DNA of 48,780 nt, taken from a virus (taxonomy: Duplodnaviria > Caudoviricetes). The notes beneath the pieces are model-generated. The model saw only the letters and a list, made by a program, of their open reading frames with translations. It made no database searches and was not told where the DNA came from. The stretch covers positions 1 through 48,780 of IMG/VR virus record IMGVR_UViG_3300044468_000005; one strand, given 5' to 3'. A program made the position numbers and the translations under genes. Shown one piece after another: positions 9,424 through 17,677 of the stretch (position 1 is its first letter; each line of letters starts with the position of its first letter).

Positions 9424-9656
9424 GCCGGGTCCCAGGCAGTCGCTTCCATGATGGCTTCGACGTACTCGCGCCAATCCGCCTCGAGCTCAGGGTCAGCGCC
9501 CTCGAGGCATGCCTGCAGCAGCTCGGCTTCGCTGACGCGCCCGTGGCGCACTTCGCTCAGGTCCACGGCCGGGCTGATGCCGGCGTATTCGACGCACTGC
9601 GCTGCTGCGCGGCTCATGCGTATGCCCTCGATGGTCACCAGATCGCACGTCATCAC
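9420..9656 (-). CDS. Hypothetical protein
   Basis: Overlapping ORF chain in a small operon. Confidence 0.6.
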   Translation of the reverse strand: MMTCDLVTIEGIRMSRAAAQCVEYAGISPAVDLSEVRHGRVSEAELLQACLEGADPELEADWREYVEAIMEATAWDPA

Positions 9657-9859
9657 ACCACCTCCTTCAGGCCAGCTTTGCGCGCCTTGCGCATGGCCTC
9701 AATCGCGTTGCCGACCGCGCGCTCGTGCACGATAGCCGTGCGCGTCAGCTTGTGCGTGGTCTTGCCGGTAGCGTCGAAGCGCTCGATCGTGCAGGTGTGA
9801 TAGTGCGCCCTAGTGTCGTAGTGAGCAGTGATGGCATACCCAAATATATTGCACCTCAT
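9653..9859 (-). CDS. Hypothetical protein
   Basis: Overlapping ORF chain. Confidence 0.6.
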   Translation of the reverse strand: MRCNIFGYAITAHYDTRAHYHTCTIERFDATGKTTHKLTRTAIVHERAVGNAIEAMRKARKAGLKEVV

Positions 9860-10239
9860 TCGTCGCGCCCCGGGACGCTGACCATGACCAGCTGGCCATT
9901 CCTATCGAAGGCTTCGTGGCGATCGGCCTTGCGGCCTGCCGCCCGCTGCGCCGGCTGCTGGTCGGCAGCCACCTTGTGCAGCATGGCCATGGCAGCGGCG
10001 ACCTCGCGCTCGTCGCACTTGAAAAGCTCGATAACCACACGCCCCTTGCGGTCAGCTTCCACAATCCAACTCTCACCGGGCGGCGTGGCGAGCTCGGCCT
10101 TCATGGCGAGCCCATGCGCCGCAGCACGCACATGCCTCCAGTGCGTGCCCTTCGGGGCCGTGATGACCAGCCTGGGCGAGGGGTTGTTGTACTCAGTCGT
10201 AGCCAGCACCACTTCGATCTTCATCTGCGGCTTCGTCAT
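9856..10239 (-). CDS. Hypothetical protein, predicted leaderless
   Basis: ATG lies 6 nt after a -10 box; first gene of the operon. Confidence 0.65.
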   Translation of the reverse strand: MTKPQMKIEVVLATTEYNNPSPRLVITAPKGTHWRHVRAAAHGLAMKAELATPPGESWIVEADRKGRVVIELFKCDEREVAAAMAMLHKVAADQQPAQRAAGRKADRHEAFDRNGQLVMVSVPGRDE

Positions 10240-10245
10240 GCCTCG

Positions 10246-10279
10246 ATCATGAGGCCCGTACGTAGATTTTGCAATACGC
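10246..10279 (-). promoter_or_regulatory. Leaderless sigma70-like promoter (copy 2 of the 19-bp motif)
   Basis: TTGCAA-17-CATGAT-6-ATG. Confidence 0.75.
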
Positions 10280-10282
10280 TAT

Positions 10283-11050
10283 CTAGTCGCTGTCATCACT
10301 TTTGTGCGCAAGAGGCGCACATGCATCGTACTTATCACGATGGAGCGTCGAGGTCGGTACTGCCCCGCCCCCTCCTGGCTGGGTGCCAGGCGTGCCGCTA
10401 CCAGCACTTCCGACGCACTCCTTCTTGTAGCGCTTTGGGTATGGCTTTGCTAGTGGCTTGAGGCGAGCCTGCATCTCGCTGTCGAGTGGCATCAGGTAGC
10501 GGTGCTTCCCTTCGAGCACGATGCGCGTGCACTCTGAGCGCTTTGGGCAGCGCCCTCTCTCCCCGAACTGCACTAAGATGCCAGTCGCGCTCGTTTCGCG
10601 GTTGTGCCAGATCCTGCCTCGCTTATCGCGCCATGCAGCGCCCTGCGCAGAACAGCCTGTGTAGATCCAGCCACCAGCCTGATAGATGCCTCCGTGGTGG
10701 TCTCGGTTAGGATCTGCAAACGAGACCACAATGCGCAGCCCTGGCGAGCGCTTGCGCAAGAACATGAGCGCCACTTTCACGATCCTCGACACAGGCGTGC
10801 TGTGCTCCCTGAGCGCAATGCGCGTAAGCTCGCAGCACTCTGTCTGCGCCAGACCGTATGGCTGGCCCATGTGCGAGTTGGCACCGCGAGAGAATATCAC
10901 AACGCCGATGAAACGACTGTCCTCCCAGACGCCCACCACGATCGCAGTCCCAGGCGGGACAGACTTCGAGTAGTGCCAGTGCTTGCAAGCGTGCCTTGCA
11001 GCAGCAGCGTTAGCCCAATCGAGGCGCAAGCTAGTTTTTTGCGAACTCAT
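10283..11050 (-). CDS. mom: Mom-family adenine-modification protein (GNAT fold)
   Basis: HWHYSKSVP, GVWEDSRFIGVVIF, ELTRIAL, VVSFADP..HHGGIYQAGGWIYTG and KHRYLMPL...PYPK. Confidence 0.88.
   Translation of the reverse strand: MSSQKTSLRLDWANAAAARHACKHWHYSKSVPPGTAIVVGVWEDSRFIGVVIFSRGANSHMGQPYGLAQTECCELTRIALREHSTPVSRIVKVALMFLRKRSPGLRIVVSFADPNRDHHGGIYQAGGWIYTGCSAQGAAWRDKRGRIWHNRETSATGILVQFGERGRCPKRSECTRIVLEGKHRYLMPLDSEMQARLKPLAKPYPKRYKKECVGSAGSGTPGTQPGGGGAVPTSTLHRDKYDACAPLAHKSDDSD
10341..10416 (-). tRNA. tRNA-Gly(CCC)-like element, non-canonical, embedded in the 3' end of mom
   Basis: 76 nt: GCGTCGG AA GTGC-TGGTAGCG-GCAC G CCTGG-CACCCAG-CCAGG AGG GGGCGG-GGCAGTA-CCGACC TCGACGC T CCA; all four arms pair, T discriminator and encoded CCA. 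Confidence 0.75.
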
Positions 11051-11534
11051 GACCGCAGTTCGGACAAGTGATTGTCGGCTGCTGGATTTCATCGAGCGCG
11101 CCCTGCGACTCTTCAGTCCCAGGCAGGAAATCTGCTGCCATCTTCTGGATGTCCTTGCTCGACCAGCCAGCAAGCTCGACGTCCGCCAAGTCGAAATCAC
11201 CGAGCAGTCGCTGCAGCTCGGGCACGTCCCAGGGCGCGAGCTCGTTCAGCCTGTTGTCTGCGAGCGCGAGCAGGTCGGCTTCGCGCTCCGTGAGCTCGAG
11301 CAAGCGCACCGGCACTCGCTCGAGCCCGAGCTGCTTGGCGGCCTTCCAGCGCGCATGGCCTGCGATGATGCGCTGATCTTCAGCGCGCGCGACGATGGGC
11401 GCGCCGAAGCCAAAGCGCTGAATCGACGACGCGACCTGCGCGACGACGCTGTCATTGAGGCGCGGATTTCTGCCCCATGCTTTCAGCGCGTTCGGCGACA
11501 TCCATACCGCTGCGCTCTCTTCGTTCGTGCTCAT
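11031..11534 (-). CDS. ParB/Srx N-terminal domain protein with C-terminal Zn ribbon
   Basis: NPRLND...SIQRFGFGAPIV...IIAGHARWKAAKQLGL...LADNRLNE; CPNCGHEF. Confidence 0.9.
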   Translation of the reverse strand: MSTNEESAAVWMSPNALKAWGRNPRLNDSVVAQVASSIQRFGFGAPIVARAEDQRIIAGHARWKAAKQLGLERVPVRLLELTEREADLLALADNRLNELAPWDVPELQRLLGDFDLADVELAGWSSKDIQKMAADFLPGTEESQGALDEIQQPTITCPNCGHEFAKN

Positions 11535-11561
11535 CTTTGCCCCCTTTGGCGTGAGCCGCTC

Positions 11562-11651
11562 AAGTCGTGATGCCGATCAGGCCGAGTAGGGGGCGCGCGC
11601 TGCGTGCGGATCTACGCAAGGCGCTAGTGTGGCCAATCGACATCACGACTT
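11562..11651 (-). promoter_or_regulatory. Long stem-loop in the leader of the parB-mom operon
   Basis: AAGTCGTGATG (11562-11572) pairs with CATCACGACTT (11641-11651); extends to 16 bp with one G-U on the minus strand. Confidence 0.55.
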
Positions 11652-11667
11652 CAGCTGCCCCCCCCCC

Positions 11668-12717
11668 TCACACATATTCGGCCCGGCAGTAGGCCAAAAG
11701 CTGCGCCTGCTCTGACGCTGACATGACATGGGCGCATGCCCCATCGATGGCCTGGTGCCCGAACGTCCCGGCGCCTTGCCCGAAATAGACCCGATCGAAG
11801 CCAGCGCGCGTGCGAATGGGCGCGCCCGAGATAGAGCCGACCTGCGTCCCGTTGATGTGGAAGGCGGCGAGCCCCGCAGAATAGGTCACGGCTAGCAGCT
11901 GCCAGGCATTCAGCACGAGCCCGGGCGAGACGGTGGCCGTGTGGATCGTCGACGCAGCAGCGGCATCCTTGATGGATAGGGTCATCGTTGTCGCATTGCC
12001 GTAGTACACGTCGATCGCTGAGGTCGGCCCGCCGATGGTCATCCAGTAAGAAGTGTTCCCGCTATAGTTCATCGTGGTAGGCCGGAAATACTTCCAGCAC
12101 GTGAAGGGCCCTGTGCCATTGAGCTGCGCTGCCGACGTGACTCCGCTCGTCGCGCCCATGTAGCGCCCGCCAGCGCCCGCCGTGCCGAGGACCTTCACGC
12201 TGCCAGGGATCAAATGCGTCGCAACGCCATAGTTGCGATTGACGTCGCCAGAGGTGAAAGCAATCCCGTATTTCAGGTCGGTGTAGTTCATGCAGTATCC
12301 CGGCGACGAGACCACGGCATTGCCGATGCCTACGCCCAAGGTTTCAATGACGCCCGCGGCATTCACGAACCTGATTTCTCCGGTATTCGGGGAATAGGCA
12401 GTGAATGAGCCATTGTTGCCGGCGTTAGCGTACCCGCTTAGCGTCACGGTCGCGCCGTCGAAGCCCTCATAGCGAGTGGGCGTATTGCCGTAGTAAGAGC
12501 TGTTCAGCAATACGCGCCAGTCTGGCGCGACCGTGTCGATGCTACGCGTCGATGCGCTGGTCTTATCGTGTGAGAACGCGCCCGTGGCAATGCAGGTCTT
12601 GTAGCTGTTGTAAAAGATCAGATCAGCGATCGCGAGCGGCGACCATTTGTAGGCGTTGCTCAAGATGACGCGCGCTGCAGCAGATGGGCTCATGCCAGCG
12701 TCCCTGACAAGTGCCAC
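11668..12717 (-). CDS. Tail fibre / receptor-binding protein with LamG/concanavalin-like C-terminus
   Basis: G/T/S/N-rich beta sequence; WQLLAVTY...FHINGTQV LamG pattern; last gene of the tail module. Confidence 0.7.
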   Translation of the reverse strand: MALVRDAGMSPSAAARVILSNAYKWSPLAIADLIFYNSYKTCIATGAFSHDKTSASTRSIDTVAPDWRVLLNSSYYGNTPTRYEGFDGATVTLSGYANAGNNGSFTAYSPNTGEIRFVNAAGVIETLGVGIGNAVVSSPGYCMNYTDLKYGIAFTSGDVNRNYGVATHLIPGSVKVLGTAGAGGRYMGATSGVTSAAQLNGTGPFTCWKYFRPTTMNYSGNTSYWMTIGGPTSAIDVYYGNATTMTLSIKDAAAASTIHTATVSPGLVLNAWQLLAVTYSAGLAAFHINGTQVGSISGAPIRTRAGFDRVYFGQGAGTFGHQAIDGACAHVMSASEQAQLLAYCRAEYV

Positions 12718-13535
12718 TCGTTGGTGTCCAGCTTGATTAGGCTCATCAGCGAATACTGCGCACCGCTGCTAAGCGAGCCCAGAAGCGAGCGCACCGTGAC
12801 ACCAGCGCCCTGCACAACCGACACCTGGCCCACAGCGTAGCGCAGCAGGTGAATGATCGTACCGACCCCAAAGGCGACACTGCTGTTAGGCGGCACAGTC
12901 ACGGACTGAGCCCCTGAGGACATCATGACCAGCAGTTTGTGCGCATCAGATGCCTGCAGCGTGATCGAGGTTGCATAGACCACGATCGGCAGGAGCAGCG
13001 GCGACAACAGCGCCACAGACGCCTGTAGGTTCGAGATGTTGCTGGTGTTTGTCGCAATGTTGTTGGTGTTCGCCGTGATGTTGCTGGTATTCGTAGCGAT
13101 GGAAGTGGTGTGCCCACTGACCGTGGTCTGCAGCGAGCTGATGTTGCTCGTGTTCGTGGCAATGTCGTCGGCGTTGTTGAGCACGCCGTTGTTGACCTCG
13201 TTGAGCCTTACATCGATGCCAGCAAGGTGCGACGTAAGCTGCTCTACTGCGTCTGTGGGTATCGGCGCATCAGGCGTGAGCTGGGGCGTGTAGCTGAAGG
13301 GTGGATAGAGCACGCGCAGCAGGTCTGCGCGGATAGCATCCGTGCCGCCGTCGATATGCGTCTCAGCGTGAAGCGCAACAGGCCCGGCTGCCCGAGGCGG
13401 TGAGTGCGGCAGCTTCGGAAACGCTAGTTCCACAGTGCGGTGCTCCGTGTGCTGCAAATCGCCTGGGGTCGCGCTCACGCTCGAGCTCGCTGGGGGCGGC
13501 GTGCGGCGCCTACTGACTTTCGCTTCGACCGACAT
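12690..13535 (-). CDS. Tail fibre protein with trimeric coiled-coil stalk
   Basis: Heptads IATNTSN/ITANTNN; C-terminal VTVPPNSSVAFGVGT...LIKLDTNEW domain. Confidence 0.75.
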   Translation of the reverse strand: MSVEAKVSRRRTPPPASSSVSATPGDLQHTEHRTVELAFPKLPHSPPRAAGPVALHAETHIDGGTDAIRADLLRVLYPPFSYTPQLTPDAPIPTDAVEQLTSHLAGIDVRLNEVNNGVLNNADDIATNTSNISSLQTTVSGHTTSIATNTSNITANTNNIATNTSNISNLQASVALLSPLLLPIVVYATSITLQASDAHKLLVMMSSGAQSVTVPPNSSVAFGVGTIIHLLRYAVGQVSVVQGAGVTVRSLLGSLSSGAQYSLMSLIKLDTNEWHLSGTLA

Positions 13536-13548
13536 GATCTGACCTCCT

Positions 13549-14784
13549 TCAAGGCGTCGAGCGTGAGTCGGATAGGGTCCCATAGGAACCTACGGTGCAG
13601 GCCTTTTTGCCGTTGTTCGTGATGGCCCATAGCGTCCCTGACGTGCCATTGGCCTGCTCGCTCGCGTGGGGCGCATGAACGAAGGACCAGGGAGAGTCCA
13701 GCGCATCCTTGCGGGCGACGAGCACCGCAGCGTGGTTCAGAGCGGGGCTCGCCTTGCCATTGTCCGTGCACACGGCGTAGCAGCCCGCCATGTATGTGAT
13801 GCCCTGAGGCGGATAGTTGCCGAGGTCTGCGCGCTTCGTCCAGGTGATGCCGTCCGGCGAACTCTGCACCTGCCCCACGTTGGCCGAAACGCCTACAGCC
13901 ACGAACTCGCTATTGCCATATACGATGGCCGTAAGTCCTCCCGTGGCTGCTGCAGGCGTGCGCGTAGTCCAGGTAATGCCATTCGGCGACGTCTGGATCT
14001 TCGGAGTCGTGGTGATACCACCGACCGCGACCCAAAGCCCGCCGCCGTACGCGATGCCCCCGAGGTTATCGGCCGCTGCCGCGGTGCGCTTCGTCCATGT
14101 CACCCCATCGGGCGATGTTTGGATTTCGCCTGAGTTGCCGACAGCGACCCATAGGCCGTTGCCATACGCGACAGCATGTAGTGAACCCGCTGGGGTGCCT
14201 CCAGGGGTGCGCACCGTCCAGCTAGACCCGTCGTTAGAACTGTAGATTTTCGGCGTAGGGTCGCCTGAGCCTAACTCACCGACAGCCACGAAGCGAACGG
14301 TGCCGGTGTTGGAAGCAGCGACAGCTAGGAAGTTCCCAGCGCCGGTCGTGCCGGTCCCATTGAGCCAGCCGCGCGCGTCGCGCGAAAAACAGACCCTATC
14401 ATTCGCGCCGACTGCTACCCAGACCTGATCGCGCCCAGCAGTGACGCCATAGCACACGCCGTAAAAGTCAGCCGTATACGCGCTCGGCGCGGCGCGCAGC
14501 TCCCAGTTCGCGAGCGCTTGCTGGCCTGCGTACGCACCGAGGTCAAGCGTACCGCCGAAGGTATGGCCCCCCGTCCATGCGTATGTCTTGTTTAGAAACT
14601 CGGTTTCGCCATGCAGATTGTTCAGGTAGCTGGCCCACTGATAGGCGCCATTCCAAAGCCAGTTGAGCCAGCGCGCAGGGGGGCGATCGTTCACGGCAAA
14701 GCCCTTATCCTTGTCTGTCTCGGCAGGCTCGAGCGTCGTGCTCGCATTTGTCGACCAGCGGAATAGATTGGTGGGTTTCGTCAT
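13549..14784 (-). CDS. Tail fibre with BNR/Asp-box beta-propeller
   Basis: N-terminal baseplate anchor (PPARWLNWLWN); repeated YGNGLWVAVG...SPDGxTWT blades. Confidence 0.8.
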   Translation of the reverse strand: MTKPTNLFRWSTNASTTLEPAETDKDKGFAVNDRPPARWLNWLWNGAYQWASYLNNLHGETEFLNKTYAWTGGHTFGGTLDLGAYAGQQALANWELRAAPSAYTADFYGVCYGVTAGRDQVWVAVGANDRVCFSRDARGWLNGTGTTGAGNFLAVAASNTGTVRFVAVGELGSGDPTPKIYSSNDGSSWTVRTPGGTPAGSLHAVAYGNGLWVAVGNSGEIQTSPDGVTWTKRTAAAADNLGGIAYGGGLWVAVGGITTTPKIQTSPNGITWTTRTPAAATGGLTAIVYGNSEFVAVGVSANVGQVQSSPDGITWTKRADLGNYPPQGITYMAGCYAVCTDNGKASPALNHAAVLVARKDALDSPWSFVHAPHASEQANGTSGTLWAITNNGKKACTVGSYGTLSDSRSTP

Positions 14785-15431
14785 GGGCTCTGCTCCACGT
14801 CTGAAAGATGGCCGCCTGTGGTCTGCGCATCATTCGCGCAGCCCAGCAGCAAACTGGTCTCGATCGCATCTGAGCCTGACAGGGTGAACGTGTTCGTGCT
14901 CGGCGAGGCCGCATAGCGCACGCCCACCTGCACGCCTGCAGGTGCAGCTTCGGTCAGCATGGCCACGAGCTGCTGCGCCACCTCGGCCGATGTGATCGCA
15001 TTGTCCCAGGGATACTCCAGGACAGCGCCGCTGACATCGACGCGAAACCCAGCCGGGTAGACAGGGAGGTATGCCAGCTGGAAGGGCACTTCGCGCCCGA
15101 GGACCATGCGCACGATGCGCAGCATCCTATCCGGCTCGCCGCTCGAGCGATTGACCAGGATGCGCGCCTTGATATAGGCGCGATACAGGCCGTCGCTGCG
15201 CCCCATGCGCGGCTCGCCTACGACCCAGCCCACCATGTCCAGCTGCTCGCCGACTGCTGTATCCAGGGTGCGCTCAGTGATGAGGCGATTGGCTTCGTCC
15301 TCGACCCCCTGCACGCCTGCCATGCCGGCAGCGAGCAGCCCCCGGAGCAGCGTGCTTGGCTCGAACTGCGACAGCAGCAGCGCCAGCGCGTCGGCTTCAT
15401 GGTCTGCCTGTCGCGCATACGCCCAAGTCAT
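14781..15431 (-). CDS. Baseplate wedge protein (DUF2612-like)
   Basis: LDTAVGEQLDMVGWVVG..R..SDGLYRAYIKARI. Confidence 0.8.
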   Translation of the reverse strand: MTWAYARQADHEADALALLLSQFEPSTLLRGLLAAGMAGVQGVEDEANRLITERTLDTAVGEQLDMVGWVVGEPRMGRSDGLYRAYIKARILVNRSSGEPDRMLRIVRMVLGREVPFQLAYLPVYPAGFRVDVSGAVLEYPWDNAITSAEVAQQLVAMLTEAAPAGVQVGVRYAASPSTNTFTLSGSDAIETSLLLGCANDAQTTGGHLSDVEQSP

Positions 15432-16645
15432 GTCATCACCACGGTCACATCAGCAGCGCGAATGCCGCGCTGGTCGGGCGCGATGCCCAGGTATTCGCGT
15501 GGGGCTAACTGATAGTCCACCATCGTCCACGTCGTGCCATTCGTCGACAGCTCGACCGTGGCCACCGAGATGACACCAGGCACGGTCGATACCGCTGTGG
15601 CGATGCGTGAGCGATACACAGCGCCGCCGATGTTGGCCTCGCCGGTGAACTCGTTCCCGCTTGACGAATACACGGTCAGTGACCCCTCCGTGAACTGCTC
15701 GACCGTGTCTTTCACCAGTTGGTCATTGACATACGTCGTCGGGTCTTTCGTGCCTGTGATGCGCGCCCAGAGCCTGCGGGGCGTGCCATCCGAAAACGGC
15801 ACGGTCTGCTGGTGCCCCTCTGCGTCGATGGCCACGCCGCTCGAGCCTGTCGCTGAGTAGGGCTCGATGCCTGCCGGCATGCTGTTCCAGATGCCCTGCG
15901 CCACGCCGTCAGCATTGTTATGCACTACGACCACTTCGAAGCTCGATGCGGGGCGCCCCTGGGCGTCCACAGCCTTCGTTCGGTTCGTATAGACCTTGAC
16001 CTCGGTCACCGTCGGCACGCCCTGGACGTCAGCCCGAATCGCGTCGACCGTGCCTGCGCCCGTCGCTTCGAGCTCAGCATCTCGGCGCAGCCGCAGCTCT
16101 GCATCGGACTCCTCGAGTGCCCCTAGTGTAGCTGCCAGCGCGTTCGTGATGGACACGAGCCCAGCAGGGGGATTCTCAAGCACTGTTAGCGTGCCAGGGG
16201 GCGCAGCGACTGGGCCAGCAACGTCGGCAACCATGAGGACATCGACGCTCACGCCTGCGCCGACGACGTCCTCGTCCGAGATGAAGCGCGCTGACGAGTC
16301 GCCATCGACCGTCGCGACGATACTGCCCTGGGGAAAGCTGCCCGTGCATACGACCTGGGCCGTGACATAGGAGTACGTCTCGCCCGCAGGCTCAGTCCCG
16401 GTGATCGACGCGACCATCCGCAGGGCGTCGCCCGAAGCGTTCGGCGAGAAGGCATTGTACACCGCCTCGAGCACCTCCCACAGCTCAGCCAGCTTCGATG
16501 CGTGGATGGCGGCGAGCTGTCCGAACACGGTGTCAGGGGCGCTGTCAAGTGATGGCGAGACGAGCGCGCGCGCCTCAGCGACGTATTCGTCAAAGCACTC
16601 CTGCTCAGTCTTGCGCACGAATCCTGTTGGTGTGAGCCCTGCCAT
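15428..16645 (-). CDS. Baseplate J-like protein
   Basis: GLTPTGF start, ASGDAL, GALEESDAELRLR, PASSFEVVV and PAGIE motifs. Confidence 0.9.
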   Translation of the reverse strand: MAGLTPTGFVRKTEQECFDEYVAEARALVSPSLDSAPDTVFGQLAAIHASKLAELWEVLEAVYNAFSPNASGDALRMVASITGTEPAGETYSYVTAQVVCTGSFPQGSIVATVDGDSSARFISDEDVVGAGVSVDVLMVADVAGPVAAPPGTLTVLENPPAGLVSITNALAATLGALEESDAELRLRRDAELEATGAGTVDAIRADVQGVPTVTEVKVYTNRTKAVDAQGRPASSFEVVVVHNNADGVAQGIWNSMPAGIEPYSATGSSGVAIDAEGHQQTVPFSDGTPRRLWARITGTKDPTTYVNDQLVKDTVEQFTEGSLTVYSSSGNEFTGEANIGGAVYRSRIATAVSTVPGVISVATVELSTNGTTWTMVDYQLAPREYLGIAPDQRGIRAADVTVVMT

Positions 16646-17007
16646 CACTCTCTCCCGGTGAAAGCGATCTCGAGCAGCGTGCCATCCGCCTGCACGCACT
16701 CGATTTCCCCGCTCAGTTTGCGCGTTGAGCCATCCAGGGCCAGCTCGATGCGGGTCACCTCAGCGATGCCCGGGACCTGCAGGATGCGGCGCCGGTATTC
16801 CGCGCGCCTCGTCAGGTCGGTCGACTTGCCCAGGATCGAGCCATAGTAGTCAGTGCCTGCTGACTCATCGCGAAACCACTCGCCCATCCCGTGATGCAAC
16901 GCGATGCGCAGGCGCTGCGCCCGGTACTCTGCATCGTATACGAGCACCATGCGCCCATTGCGTAGCGTCAGGTCATGCGTAGGCTCGGTGAGAGCTAGGT
17001 CTGCCAT
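16645..17007 (-). CDS. Baseplate wedge/sheath initiator (gp25/gp46-like)
   Basis: QRLRIAL...GEWFRDESAGTDY...ILQVPGI. Confidence 0.8.
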   Translation of the reverse strand: MADLALTEPTHDLTLRNGRMVLVYDAEYRAQRLRIALHHGMGEWFRDESAGTDYYGSILGKSTDLTRRAEYRRRILQVPGIAEVTRIELALDGSTRKLSGEIECVQADGTLLEIAFTGRE

Positions 17008-17008
17008 G

Positions 17009-17677
17009 TCACACCGCCTTCACTTTCGACGCTGCGCTCGATGGGACCGAGCCAACTAGGGCGCCATTGCCAGAGGTGCCTCCTCCGCTAGGAACCGTGT
17101 GGGTGTGGCCTGTGATGGCTGCTGTGATGGCTGCTGAGACGAGGCCAGCGAGCGCGACGTAATCTGCCCCTGTCGTAGCGCCTAGAATGACCTGCCCCCC
17201 TGGGCCCGGCGTGATGTGAATCGACGCCCCTGCGCCCTGAATGACGAAGTCGCTGGCGCTCACGCCGGTCAGCCGCAGGGTGTCTGGCACCCAGCCAGGC
17301 GTCGCGACGCAGCCGTTGAGCCCGTGCGGGTCGACCAGGCCCGGATGCTCGCGCGTCTGGCCCGTCGTGCGCCACTTGAGCAGCGACTCCTCGGCGCAGT
17401 CAATCTTGACCCAGTCGCCTACAGCGATTGGGAATGTGATCGCGAAGCCGCCCGCCCGTGGCCATAGGATGGGTACGCTATAGATATCGGGCAGTGGCTC
17501 GAGCTCGAAGGGCTCGGCCGGGTCGTCCGTGTCATAGGCGCGCTTGATGGCCGGGCGCACATCGACCGTCTGCTCGCCCAGGTCGTAGGCGAGCACTTGC
17601 GCAGGGAACGAGGTGTGAATGCGCGACTGGAAATCGCTGTTCACGCGGTCCATAGCCTCGCGCGCTGAGTACCTCAT
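17009..17677 (-). CDS. Baseplate central spike (Gp138-like)
   Basis: VPILWPRAGGFAITFPIAVGD; C-terminal HTH (His-x-His) tip motif. Confidence 0.85.
   Translation of the reverse strand: MRYSAREAMDRVNSDFQSRIHTSFPAQVLAYDLGEQTVDVRPAIKRAYDTDDPAEPFELEPLPDIYSVPILWPRAGGFAITFPIAVGDWVKIDCAEESLLKWRTTGQTREHPGLVDPHGLNGCVATPGWVPDTLRLTGVSASDFVIQGAGASIHITPGPGGQVILGATTGADYVALAGLVSAAITAAITGHTHTVPSGGGTSGNGALVGSVPSSAASKVKAV

Noticed and set aside
10341-10416. A standard translational tRNA-Gly gene
   Set aside because: It lacks U8, U33 and the TTC T-loop and lies within a CDS, so it is reported as a tRNA-like element instead.
13036-13170. 21-nt quasi-repeats in the tail fibre gene as a DGR or nucleic-acid element
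   Set aside because: They are explained by coiled-coil heptads (IATNTSN); no reverse transcriptase is present in the genome.
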